Below are positions 13,061 to 25,960 of a stretch of 64,000 bases of DNA, piece by piece. The notes below the pieces were generated by a model. The model searched no databases. It saw only the letters and a list, made by a program, of their open reading frames with translations, and was not told the origin of the DNA. The stretch's first letter is position 1. Each line of letters opens with the position of its first letter. The stretch lies in NCBI GenBank assembly GCA_023515725.1, contig JALDTO010000251.1:62001-126000 (forward strand), in the 5' to 3' direction. Position numbers and translations under genes: made by a program. Source of the stretch: Amoeboaphelidium protococcarum X5 (taxonomy: Eukaryota > Fungi > Aphelidiomycota).

Positions 13061-13299
13061 CTTGATAATTAAAATATATATCACTACTTTTTTATACAAA
13101 CACTTCACCTTAGATAATGTTCCGATGATGATGAAAAGGAGCGAAAGGTTCATTTTATAAATTGATCAGTTTTCACCAACCGAACACTTTCGCCCCTGGA
13201 CGCGTTACTTTGCCATTTTAAAAGGTTGATTAAAGACTTTCGCTGTTCTTGTTACATAATCAGATCTTTCTTATATCCTCATATTTCATCAAGATCAAG

Positions 13300-14337
13300 A
13301 TGTAATCAAACTATTGGAAAAGCGTTTCTTTTGCGCTGCCCGCTGGTAGAGCCATCGCTGGCAAGTAAATCACTTCTGCAAATAGAGTTTAAAGTGGTAA
13401 GATAAATATTTTGGCATTACATGGTTGGTTGGATAACGCTAGCTCTTTTGACTTTATTGCACCTGCCCTCATTGAAACTCATACAGAGTAGAACATTGAT
13501 TTGATTGCTCTAGATTTTGCGGGGCATGGATAAAGTTCACATAACCCACCTGGACAAGATTACAGTTTAGTGTCTCATGTCAGAGATATTCTTCAAGTTT
13601 TGAAAAGTTAACAATGGAAATCTGTGTATCTACTGGCTCATTCTATGGGAGGAGCGGTCGCATCTCTGCTATCTGCTGCATATCCAGAATTAATCAAAGG
13701 ATGCTGCCTGATTGAAAGTCTTGGCCCTTTGACTCGGCCTGTCGATCACACAACCCGAGGCTTAAGGCAACACTTGTAACAGCGACTGAAGTTGTTGGAA
13801 TCTACCGATCCTCTTCTAGGGATGCCCGTTTATCGATCAATTGAAGATGTTACTATTGCTAGACAGAAGGGAACTTCTAATGGCACAATCAGTTTGGAAG
13901 GTGCAAGATTGCTCACAGAGCGCGGCATTAAACAATTGCCTTATGGTACGTTCACTTGGAGAACTGATAGAGTTCTAACAACGGCAAGCGGAATGTCGTA
14001 CGATGAACCGTAGATTCTTAATATCATGGCTGGAATTTAATGTCCCGTTTTCGCTGTGTATGGACGTCAGGGATTTGCGATGATTTTAGACAGTGACGCC
14101 ACCAACAGCAGAGACTAAAGTGCTGAAGATCAAACGGACGCCTTCTCTCACATTGATTGGTCCGCGAGATGGCGCGTACTCGCAAAGAGCACTGGAAACA
14201 GGCTTGAGCGACATTTGCTTGATGGAGGACATCATTTACACATGGACAAAGATGGCGCTGTCCCTGAGCTGGCCAAATTGATCTCCTCATGGCTATCCAA
14301 TTGTGAAAATTAATTTTCTGCTATTTCCAAGCTGTGA
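13300..14337 (+). CDS. Serine hydrolase-like alpha/beta hydrolase (SERHL family) with peroxisomal PTS1
   Basis: LAIHGWLDNASSF-type motif, DFAGHG, nucleophile AHSMGG, GGHHLHMD; ends SKL then TGA. Confidence 0.9.
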
Positions 14338-14447
14338 TCTAATGAAGTGGTTAAACGATCTTTCGTTCGGCTTTCCTCTTCTTTTGTTTCATTTTGAAAG
14401 TGATCAAGATTTTAAGCATATTCACTCTATTTTGATCATAAATCAAT

Positions 14448-15302
14448 ATGTAATTGTCATAAGACTCAGATTTTGAAGAATTGCATTGTGAAGATTTAGA
14501 GGACCGCGCAAGTATTAGTAGTCTGCCTCGCGATGAATAAAGAGGAAATAAGAATCATGACTAGGAGTAAGATGATAATGATGATAAGACTTGTAGAATA
14601 TGCTTCGGTGGTAGTGATGATATACCGACACTTGGGCGATTTCTTAGTCCATGCAAGTGTAAAGGATCTATGAAATATGTTCATTTGGAGTGCTTACAAC
14701 AATGGCGTGCAACTAGTCCAAATGCTTATTATTATAAATGCCCATAATGCTAGTATAACTACAGACTAAGTAGAATTAATGCTTTTAAATTGCTCACTCA
14801 TGAACTAACATTCACCATCATCACATTGATTATATTTTTCATTATTGTAATACTCGCTGGATTCGTCAGTAAATGGTTCATGTCGCTGCTTCTATCAGCA
14901 TTTATAGATGCTGACGTGTAGACTACTATTCTAAAGGAAGACGGAGATCGCGTGTAAGAAAAGTAAACTTTGGCTATTCGACTCGGTGATGATAGTGCAG
15001 ATCAACTAATGCTAGATACCAACTCTTGGACGTATCACCTCATTTCAGGAACAACTCTAATCGGTCTTTTATCCTTTGCCGGAATTGGAATAATTGGAAA
15101 TTTCAACTTTCGACTTGGAGGGAATAATTTTGGTGGCAATGTAGACAGATCTGCTTCATTAATCATATTGATCGTTGTCGTTCTTATCGGCGTGTTGAGA
15201 AGTTTTTGGTTCATTTACAGAAATGTGAAACGACGCGTCAAAGCATATGGAATTTTTGCGATGGAACAAGCAGTTCTAGACGTACCTGAAGATGTAGATT
15301 GA
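14448..15302 (+). CDS. RING-CH (MARCH-type) membrane E3 ubiquitin ligase
   Basis: CRIC...FLSPCKCKGSMKYVHLECLQQW...CPQC followed by hydrophobic helices. Confidence 0.9.
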
Positions 15303-15542
15303 TTTAGATGCTTAAATCTATTGCCATATTATATATAAGCTTATTGATTTTAATTGTATTCTTTATATTTTATGCTGTTTTATTGCTGCTTAGCTTCATT
15401 AATGATCGTCGATGGTTATAAGGGGCCATTTTAAGGGGATCAATTCGATTGCTTAATGGGGTCTCCTGAAACATTGCTATGCTGTTATCTTCATTATAAT
15501 TCGTTGTTGCTCAATTACAATTAGTAGTTATTATTCACTATC

Positions 15543-17012
15543 ATGTCTGGTAAGATGGGACTATTTGACCTCCCGCTGGAATTACTAAACTCCATTATGG
15601 GTCATTTGGATATGAAGGATCTGGCGCGTCTGCAGATGGTCAACACTAGCGCGTATCATTACATTATGATGAACCGCCAATTTACGATGTACAACACGTC
15701 TAAATTCTTCACTTTGTATTATAAGCATCGTCTGTTTGCAATGTTCTTGTTCCCTTTTGTTCATCCTCGATTCTAGCTGATGGCCTTAGATGGTAATGCT
15801 CAAGGCGAAGATGATGACCAGACCATGATAGTATTGGATCAGTCGGATGAGAAGCTGCCTAATGATTGTACAACTGGTAACACCGCACTACACATTGCTG
15901 CATCCAATGGTCAACTGAATGTCATTGATAAGATGCTCGAGATGGAGCGGGATGGTATGTATGATATCGTTGATTTTCCTGACACCGCTTATAATCAAGA
16001 TGCTCTCAAGTAACTGAAATTGACGGATCATAATCGCAACTGTGCCTTGACTGATTTACTAAATGACGAGCCTAATACCCCCTTGCATTACATTAGTATT
16101 TTACCCAATGATGAAGATAGTGCACAGTCTGTCTTAAATGCTGCAGTGTTCTTGATCAGATCTGGTGCTGATCTGTGGAAAAAAGGTCGAGCTGGTAACA
16201 CTTGTCTGGCAGAAGCTGCCTAGCACGGCTAACTTGAGATGGTCAAGCTGTTTATTGACGCGTTCAAAGCACTTTATAACGGCCCTGATGACTTGGCTCT
16301 TTATATTAACGAGTACAATGATTATCACGAGAATGCCGTAATTATGGCTGCAAGATCAAGCCCCGATGTTTTGGAATTGCTTCTCTAAAATGGAGGAGAT
16401 CCTAATAGTATGCGTCGCGGGTATCCTATACTTTCTATTGCTGCTTCAAGATTCTGTCTTGATCGTCGTGATCCTCTGAATATTGCGCTCTATCACCGCT
16501 AAATAACCATGCGCTGGTCTATTCCGGTTCCTCATCTGAATCTTCATGACTTTGTACCAGAGAATATTCCCGTCAATCGCTTTATTTTGGTGATGAAATT
16601 ACTGCTTCAATATGGTGCAGACGCGTCCTTGGCTGAAAATTCCACAGGAATGAAGCCGATGCATATCGCCTCAATGTGGGGAGTCACTGAGGCTATTGAG
16701 ATCCTCTTGAAGAATGGCAACATCAACCCGAATGAAGAGCTTAATGAACTGAACGGCTGGCTCCCTGTTCATTACGTCTGTCGCTTGGGCCATATCGACT
16801 CTCTCCAGTCTCTAATTTTGAACGGCGCACACGCCTGGGATGGAGACAGCATTTAAATGCAAGACAATGAGAATCCACAGGTATCTACTCTCGCCCGCAT
16901 GAATGTACCTGCACCGTTGGATATTTTGTACATTGATGCAATTAAGGCCAACATCCGCGACTTGATCTCACATCGTCGATCGTCTTCCTCATCTCGCCGT
17001 CTATCTCAATGA
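15543..17012 (+). CDS. F-box and ankyrin-repeat protein, about 489 aa
   Basis: N-terminal LFDLPLELLNSIMGHLDMKDL F-box; ankyrin starts GNTALHIAA, NTPLHY, GNTCLAEAA, GMKPMHIA, GWLPVHYV. Confidence 0.88.
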
Positions 17013-17308
17013 TTTCCATCATTATCTGTCACATTTAGTCATGAAAGTTTTGATAAAGTATTACATGTGTTTTATATCTTCAGCTGAGATTTCCTATATT
17101 CTCTCATTTCACTTTTTGAATCTCTGCGCGCGGACACAGTTGATGTCACGCGCTTCTCTAAAATGTGAAAACAAACACTCTCTGAAACACAAGCTGAAAC
17201 AGGAAATTCAGAGATTACGTTTCAGTATGTCACTTTAATACGATGCTCTTTCTATATATCATTTCGATTTATTACGTTTTCCTTGATATTTTCATAATTT
17301 TAGTGCAA

Positions 17309-18401
17309 ATGAATTCTAGCAATAGGAAAAGAAAAGCTGATGCTACTGGAATGGATGTTGGTGTTGGTTAGATAGGAGCATAGTAAAGACTGGCCTATCA
17401 TTCTGGTAGACACCTGGTTACGCCAACTGCTGATAAATGGTTCGCTTCGCTGGAGCCTCCAATGAAATCCTATGATACTCGTTAATTTGGCCAGTGTATG
17501 TCGTTGCTTCCCACCTCATAGATACCAACTCCTCCCTCAAAGTTACGCAGCTCTGGTAAGGCTCAACTCATGCACACTCCAGCAAAGTCAGATTTGGGTG
17601 ATAAGAATGGTGATATGCCTGAATACGCTTCAGGGACTGCTGAATTTGTTATGAGATAATATGCTTACACGAATGATAGGCCTCCGTTTTCATATGCCGG
17701 TATGGTTGCTCAAGCCATCATATTAAGCCAAGACTGTAAACTCACGCTCAAAGATATCTACGCTTGGATCAACACGACATATCCGCATTATCAATTCAAT
17801 GAAGGCAACTGGCAGGTAAGTTTTGTTCATTTATTGCTTAGAGTAACTTTGTATTTAGTTTACGGTAAAGTATATGTAGAACTCAGTAAGACATAATTTA
17901 TCATTGAATCCATCATTTATCCGCGTTCCCAAGGAGAGCGGTAAAGGGGCGTATTGGACTCTGTCTGAAGACAAGATTGACGTTTGGCTTCATAAGAATG
18001 TCGTCTCCTCCAGGATGGTCCAAGACTTTCTGCAACGCGTCAAGGAACGACCAGTGTTAATATTTCATCCTGTGACAAAGCATTGTCCAACGGTAACTCT
18101 GGCCGACTAGGACACATACGATGTTATTGAAGATCTATAAAAGATTGAGTCGCTTGAACAGCGTCATGAAAACACGTCTCCGATTATCAACCAGCCTCAA
18201 TTTGGGTCCATCGACAATGCAGTATTCCAGAATGACCTGGACGACTTCCTTAACGACTTCAATGCAACCGACATGCTCAAAGGCTTCTAGTTCGTTTAAA
18301 GCTCTCCAAAGTTGGGCGATACCTCCTTCAATTCACTCCTCGATTTTGACTCGTTCATTAATGATGAAAGCAATTTTGACATGCAGAATATCTAGCAATG
18401 A
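17309..18401 (+). CDS. Forkhead transcription factor 1; intron 17816-17879
   Basis: [14 protein letters not shown]...[10 protein letters not shown]...YPHY...WQ|[26 protein letters not shown]. Confidence 0.93.
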
Positions 18402-18437
18402 TGATGAATGAACACGCTATACTGAATTAATTTAAAA

Positions 18438-19949
18438 TCATATCATTTCTACAACATTTTCATTTTTAAGAATCAGAGGACTAGTATCTTCTACATCAGA
18501 AACTTCTTCATCATGACCATTAAGTAGCTCAGCTGCAGCTGCAGCTTACCCACCCTCTTGCATACTAATCGGCATGGTGAACGCAACAATGGAACCCAAT
18601 GCAAAACAAGAAGCATAAGTTATAAGAAGCCATGTGATTTAAATTTGACGATCTAGAAAATATCCACCGAGAGGCCCAGCTAGACTACCGGCAACTGTGG
18701 ATCCGATTGAGCAAAGACTAAACGACAAACTTCGGACTTGAACAGGGAAGCTCTATGGAGTTAAAATGTACAACGAACACCAAGCACCAACAACAAAAAA
18801 ATAGATAAAGCAGTTAGCCACAATGACACCAACACTTGATGTCACGAATCCAAATCCGACAATGGATGCTGTACAGCAAATTAGGGAGAACATCAGGGAC
18901 CTCTAGAGTCCGCATTTTGTTATAAACACGACAATCAGGGCGAGACCAGGAAGCTCTGCTGCAGAGATCAGCATGAGACTATCATACAATTGCTAAGAGG
19001 CTATTCCTCGCTATTCAAAATACTTGCTCAGCCAAATAGTTACACCATAGTATCCAAAAGTGATCGCGAACCAAATCACGATAAATCGCCCTAGCACTAA
19101 AAGACTTTACATTGAATAAAACTTCCAAAACTATACGGTATATCTGTTGGACGCCTATTCATCTAATTCACTTTAGGATTAATGAATGAGCTCGTACGGT
19201 TCAAGCGACTTTCTGTTAAATCGCGCCATCTTCTGCAATACACTAAGACCTTCAGTTTTCCGACCTTTGGCAGCGAGAAATGCTGGACTCTCCCACTTCC
19301 ATGCAATCCGCAGCACTGCTATGAGAATGCTTATACTCGAGACAACAATTATATAAACTCGCCACCCACCCGACTCTATTACCAAATAACCCAGTGCTCC
19401 CGTAAGAAAGACACCCAACACACCAAACGCGGTGATTACTGCTTGGGTCTGATGAGATCGTAAACTTTGTGGGCAAAACTCCATAAACATTACGAATGGT
19501 ATGCTCAGACTTCCACCTTGAGCAATTCCGCAAATGAACCGAAATATGAGCAAGACGCCAAATGAAGGGCTTATGGCCGAGATGAGACCGATTAACCCAG
19601 ATATTAATGGCGCATACATGAACACGATTCTCCTCCCATACAAATCACTGATTAGTCCCCAAATGAATGACCCGAGTAGAGATCCAACAAATAATACAGT
19701 TTAGTAGAGCCCAAGAGTGCTTTAAAGATTTAAACGCTCCGATTGACAATCCTCATGATCCTCTGCAATAAATCCAATAGGAAATTTACACGATTAAAGC
19801 TGTTTACTCAGTTATGGCAATAACACAGTCGCACTCAACAACTCCATAGTGCCCACCGTGTATCCAATTCCACATAGAAATAGTAGAATAATTTGCGAAT
19901 AGCCAAAGCCAATCTCAGAAATCACCTGCTCCACTCGTAAATTTCTCAT
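18438..19949 (-). CDS. MFS transporter, SVOP/organic-cation-like
   Basis: IGFGYSQ N-terminus, SDLYGRR motif A, GWR, WESPAFL, ESFPVQVRS; 12-TM pattern. Confidence 0.9.
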
Positions 19950-20140
19950 AACAATTATCTCTTTAATTAATTAATTAATCGACGTGAAGCAAGATCAGTA
20001 TACAAACAAGAGTCGGTAAGGGGTGATCATCTATTTGAGCTAAATTTAGATCGACATAATCAATGTAATACAATCATATAAAAACAAATAGATTTAATTA
20101 GTTCAGATAAACATCATTCACAGATATGGCTTTAGTAATA

Positions 20141-21201
20141 TCACGCTTTATTGTCTGGATTGCACGCGACATTCCCAGACGCCTGATGCAGCTGTTAACT
20201 CTCCATTAATTGAGTGTCATTCAACAGGACGGAACTCTAAAATATCGAATTTTGGTTGTGATATTACTATTACTACTATTGCTACTGCTACGGATGTTAT
20301 TATTACTACTACGCAAATCCATTGCAGAATATAGTCATATACGGAGGAATGGAGCGAGTACTGAAAGTTGGCATTGAAAATTGCTAATGTCCACCAGAAT
20401 GATAAGGATTCTGTTACACCTCTTGTCCATATCCATCATCAAAGCTATCGTCACCAAAATCTGAATCCACAGCAACTTCGTAATCTTCACCGAAGCAGTG
20501 ACCAATAACTTGATAATTTTGTGGAGCATCATATTATTATAGAGGCATCGGATTCAGTTTCTAAGGCTATTACTGATACTAATATTATGACATCGCTTGC
20601 TTATGCCTCATCATCGGCAGTCCAACTTCTTAGTATTGATAAGCAGGCATTGAGCTATTGACAATATTCTATTGGTTCTGGAGCTACATCTAACTAGAAG
20701 ACAAAGACTTGCTGCTAGTACTACCCATTGAAGATCGACTATTATGAATCTTGTGATATCTCTTCTTACTATCCTGAGCCGCTGCCCTGACAGCATCATA
20801 CTCTTCATTGATGAATAAGTCCAAATACTTGGGAGAGATGGTCCAGAATACACCTTTTCCAGATGGATCAGTATCGCGAATGTCCTTTTAAAAACAGTCT
20901 TGCACAGTTAGATTATGTCTTATGGAGTTCTACAAATGTTTAAAGACATTAATATAATGAAAAGAATGTATAGTAGATTCAACCGATAGAGTATACACAA
21001 ACGTACCTGCCAACTAGCATCACCCTTCTTGAAATAGGGAAATCTCTCATATATCCACTGATAAATGGTAGCCAGTCTAGCTCTACGCTCTGGCTACTCT
21101 AAAATAGCTTTGCCAATAAGAGTGGCGTACGACTGTGAAGGCTTTCCCTTGAAAAAATCCATATCGCTATGTCGTCTATACGAAGTCTAGACTTTGGTCA
21201 T
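20141..21201 (-). CDS. Forkhead transcription factor 2; intron 20930-21006
   Basis: KPSQSYATLIGKAI...LATIYQWIYERFPYF...WQ|NSIRHNLTVQDCF...GKGVFW; Gln/Ser-rich tail. Confidence 0.92.
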
Positions 21202-21638
21202 TTCGCTAGGCTCAGATATCAGATTTAATTAGCAGCGGTAGTTACCAAAGTCACAAATACAGTATATACAGAGATGCCAACTTGAATATTACAGGAAGCA
21301 CCAGAGAGCACAATATAGACTGAAAATCCGAAAGGGATGGTGGGAACGACGAGCGGAACGGATTGTCTTTCTGTGATTGAGAGAGGAGAGAGAAACGGTT
21401 TCGCGCGCGCTCGGAGATTCTCGCATTGTTTGTTTGTTTTACGACGCTTCCTCAAGTAAGGTGAGTACGAACGATATGCATTGAATTACTTTTGCGTTTA
21501 AAAAATCAGAGAAGTATTACCGGTTGAGAAGAATGATACACTGTGTTATAAAAAACCAATTAACATTTCGCGTTTCAAAATAATTCTGGTACTTAAATTA
21601 GCAATAATGTATGAGTGTATAAAATTTCATTCGATCAA

Positions 21639-22190
21639 TCAATCAAGCAAGTCAAAGTCGTCTAATTTATCGTTGTATTTCATGATCTTGCGCTTGTATG
21701 CAGATGTGTTGACCCAAGTGACAAAGTCTTCCATGTTACGGTCGACGAGGAATGCCGGATCTGTGACACAATGAGGACCGACGCGTATGTGGCCCTGTTC
21801 AATCATACGCGTGGCATCGCGAATATTTTCTGCCATCTTGAGGCGAAGCATTACTACAGGTAGACGACGTCTGCAGAATGCGGACACTGATACCTTTTCA
21901 CATAGACTCAGAGCGTGTTTTTAATTAATGACGCCAATGAAATATAATTTATCCAGCAGCTATGTCTCCATATCACTTCTAAATGGATCTTTTGGATCTA
22001 AGAGTGATATCTTGTTCGCCAACTGCCTGATCTGACCGCATATGCGATTATACTTGGTGTAATCTTCTCGTGACTGGAGGTGATAGCGTCTAATTACCTC
22101 TGACTCTCTCAACGTACTATCACTCTTCCAATTTACAAAGTCAACCTTTTTCAATAGCTTTTCCTCATGAAATTTTAATTTACGGACCAT
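21639..22190 (-). CDS. IMP3: U3 snoRNP protein Imp3
   Basis: [18 protein letters not shown]...[11 protein letters not shown]...GHIRVGP...EDFVTW...DDFDLL; the two track fragments join via TAG/TAA. Confidence 0.97.
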
Positions 22191-22396
22191 TTTGCTTTAA
22201 TTTGAGTGATTTTCGTCTCATACAGAAGAAAGCAATTACGCTGTGGTGCCGTAGCGCCCGGCTTCACGTGTCGGATAATTAGACAAAATTACCATACTGT
22301 ATATAAAAAAAAGTAGAATAAAAGTGTCAGAAAACTCTAATTTATTATTAACGGAATCAACTTTAGCAAATTCCTCTTAATTTGTTTCTCTGAATC

Positions 22397-23041
22397 TCAA
22401 TTTGCGCAACAGCTAAACGCAGCAGCACAACCAAAGCCACAACAAGCCGCACATGCACCAACCAGACTAGCAGCAAAACCTACTCCCATTAGAGCAAGGA
22501 GAATTATGCCAAACACGATCAGCGCCTTGGTAAACGCGACACTGCCAAATATGATCCAAACAACATCGCGTTTGAACAAGCGAGAGGGTCTGACCATTTC
22601 CATTTCGCGAGTAGGAGCATCAATGGGACTGTAATCGCTCTATGGATCACGAAAAGTATTAGGATTTGGCAGCCTCTTCAATTACTAGCTAACCTTATGA
22701 TTCTAAAAGTAAACAGCCATATACTCAATCAGCCCATCAGCAGAGTCGGCAAACTGTTCCAGACCACGGATTTGAGGAGCATATCCTTATTAAACCATTT
22801 GCTGATACTTTTCGATCATGCTGCCGTCAATCGCTTGCTCAAGTTCGGCGACATACGGCTCTAATCTTCTAAATGCAGCAGCGCTTGCAGACTGATAGTG
22901 AGCAGCAGCACGCAAGAATTTAACCACTTTCATGGCTCCAGACTCCTCGCAGATATTCCTGTTAGCAGGGTTATCACAATACGTGTTCAAATCAAACGCT
23001 TGAGCAAGAGCAATCAATGCAACGACGACAACCAAAATCAT
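22397..23041 (-). CDS. Signal-peptide protein, 214 aa, with a KR site before a hydrophobic Cys-rich C-terminus
   Basis: Track ORFs 22790-23041 and 22397-22603 are one frame under TAR=Gln. Confidence 0.8.
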
Positions 23042-23564
23042 ATTGATATATAAGCAAAGCTTTCAAATTTATATCGAGATTAAAGAGGTGATAAGACGAT
23101 AAAGAGATTTGCGTGTTTTTTATTCAGGGGGATGTGCCACCCTCATTTTTGGTATCTTAACGTGGACGTGGCAAGCTATTAAACTTCTCAAACAACCATC
23201 CTGATGATTACCAGGCGTAAAATATATAAAGAAATAACAATGTGCATATGTTACGCTGTAAGATATCAATCTGCGCATCTTGTTATTTTCTCAACCACGC
23301 AAACTAGGCACACTTCCACGGTTGAGTATTGCCAATAAGCTATCGAACCATTTACGGTAGTTATACTGAATATCTCCCTAATATTTATGCAAATGATTGA
23401 AATAATAGGCCACATCTAATATTAAACGCGTTAAAGATACACTAATCGTCAATGGATTGAGCTTAGAAAAGTTAAAGCTGATCTTTGCATACTACACTAA
23501 ACTGTTTCATCGTTCTAAACTCTCTCTCTCTCTAACAGTATTCCTAAAATAAGACTGTTATAAA

Positions 23565-24318
23565 ATGTCTTATTTTGATATTGATGAGATTATTGCTCAA
23601 CAAGAGGTAAGATTCAGGTTAATTAAATTTGACTATATAAGTAGTATGATGCATCAATTAAATTGTAGAAGCTCATATGCAAAATCCAAGTGCCAGATTT
23701 GACCATTGCTGGTGTCAATTGCTTACAGCACACACGGACTGAAATGCCGTTCTGGATTGCTTGTATCCTTGCCAGATATGGTCTAGTCACTCTCGAAGAA
23801 CTGCCCAGATGTTTAAAAGATAATGTTCTGTAAGATTTGGACTCTGTACCCGAGATTCTGAATCTGCGTGAGTTGTCTACATATTTTTACCGCTTCGCTA
23901 TCATTATACTTGAAACGTAGGAGTTCCCTGACTGAATGAAAGGACAATTATAGTATAAGAAGATATTGTATATCATGACTTGATATGTGTAGAATTGAAA
24001 CATCTCCTCAGCTGAAACGCGTCCTGGTGTAAAGCTTCCAAAAGCGTATTGCTCATATACTTCAACGTGCTTATGCATCCAGGTGTAATGAGAAGATGGC
24101 CGGTGTCCTGCATGAATACGTGGATAGTCTGGAAGAAATGGAGAAACAGAGTAAGTGTATATGTACATTTATGCCTTTTTAATGTACTAATTGTCCATTT
24201 ACATCAAAGTGTAGTGTATCTGTGTGCAATTTAATCCTTCAAACAAGCCGACCAGTGGTGGAACAGAGACGGCGACAATGGGAAAGTGAAGTTAAACGAT
24301 CAACTGATCAAGATGTGA
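23565..24318 (+). CDS. PSF3: GINS complex subunit Psf3; introns 23607-23668, 23917-23992, 24151-24214
   Basis: MSYFDIDEIIAQQE|K..., EMPFWIA, LNLRELSTYFY, LEEMEKQMY...W; three GT..TGTAG introns restore the frame. Confidence 0.85.
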
Positions 24319-24378
24319 TAATATTGTTTCATTTTATAGTACAAGACACAAATATTATCCTAAAAGCATATAATTTAT

Positions 24379-25620
24379 TCACATTTTCAATACAGAATAG
24401 TCAAAAGAGTCTCCAGCCTTGGCAGCGACATTGAGAAAAAGTCTGGTGCGCTTTTACAAGTTACGTTCCGATGCCAACTCATACAGTGTGACCAAGTTGA
24501 AGAGTACAGACTCATTTATAATACTGGCTGATACAGACTCCAATAATGAGATAGATTCCTGCAACTTGCCATTGTACAGCATACAGATACACAGATTGTT
24601 AATAGCCACCATATTCTCTGGTGACGCGCTCATCAGAGTAGTAAGAATGGTCTGAGCACTGTTCCAATCTCCCTCCGCCATAGCAAGCAATGATCGATTT
24701 ATCATGAGTGTATCGTGGCTATTAACATCTCCAAGCTGCTATGAATGATCCTAAGATTTTAATAAAACTTCAATCTGATTGAAAACCTTCCTCGCCTGCA
24801 GTATATTACCCATGAACAGAAGAGATTTGGCAGACATTGAGAGCGCACTGAGGTCACTGCTAAAATCTACCAGGATCTAATTTACAATCAAGTTGGCATT
24901 GAAGTAATCATTTATCGCGATAAAACTGTGTATGAGGTACTAATCAACTTGGAGCAGGTCAGATTTGGTCAGAAATACAGACTGCCGCTGCTATTATTAT
25001 TGATCATTTTGCTCACTCATAGCATCAGAAAAACTATTCAAGCTCTTCAACTGCAATAGACGCACGATAGCTTCAGGGTGGTTACCAAGTAGTGCCGGTA
25101 AATGAGCATTGTACAGGCGCAATGAGAACGATAAGTTTGGATACTCTAATAATTATTACAATTCCTCAAGAGCTTCTGAATAACACTTGAGCTTCATAAG
25201 CGCATGTATTCTCCACTTCCAACACTCCATTGCATCATATTAATCAGCGTTACTTTAAGTCAATAATTACTACTTGGCTAAATTAGCCATCTACTGATAG
25301 GCCTGCTTTTCGTCTAGCTTTAGAAAGTCGCGCATGTCTAGCAACTAATTATCAGGAATTCTCTAACTCTCACGCAGTTGTTACTCCTTCATATCAATAC
25401 TATATTTCTAAGCAATCGATTGCATCTAAGCAAGTGGTTGGCTCAAGTCGGCATTAGAAAACTTCCACGCATGCATGTCTTGAGCACCAACTTGTAATCT
25501 ACTAACCTGAGAAGTTATACTCTGAGGGCTTAATTCCACAGACACTTCGTTCGAATTACTTATCAATGTAGGCGCAGATACATTCTACAGACTGTTATTA
25601 ATAATCTCTTATTTATCCAT
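24379..25620 (-). CDS. TRAPPC12: TRAPP complex subunit 12 (TPR protein)
   Basis: C-terminal TPRs with AINNLCICMLYNGKL and LFNLVTLYELASER; FSLRLYNAHLP motif. Confidence 0.82.
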
Positions 25621-25960
25621 CTTTTACGCTAATTAAGACGTTGCTTACACTACAGTAAATCTGTAGCCTGTGGCTGGGAACACTCGCATGAAAAGACAGC
25701 AAAATTGATCAGTGATCTTTTATTCAATAGATTCATAATAAGTTTCTTCGTTTTACTTGATCGTATCCTACAAAATCAATTGGTAGAAGTAAAAGAATTT
25801 CTAAAGAAATGAAATTTAATCCCATAAAAGTGAAATGCAATCATTTGAAGATCAGAAAGATATTTCTCAAGAGCCGAACAACAATAATAAGAAATAATAA
25901 TATATGGTACAATAATATGTTCATAAGTCTTTAGTACGCGTTACGCCATACAGCTTTGAA

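Noticed and set aside
23425-23432. ACGCGT (MCB-like) site upstream of PSF3
   Set aside because: Plausible, but ACGCGT occurs many times in the window, including inside CDSs, so it is not discriminating.
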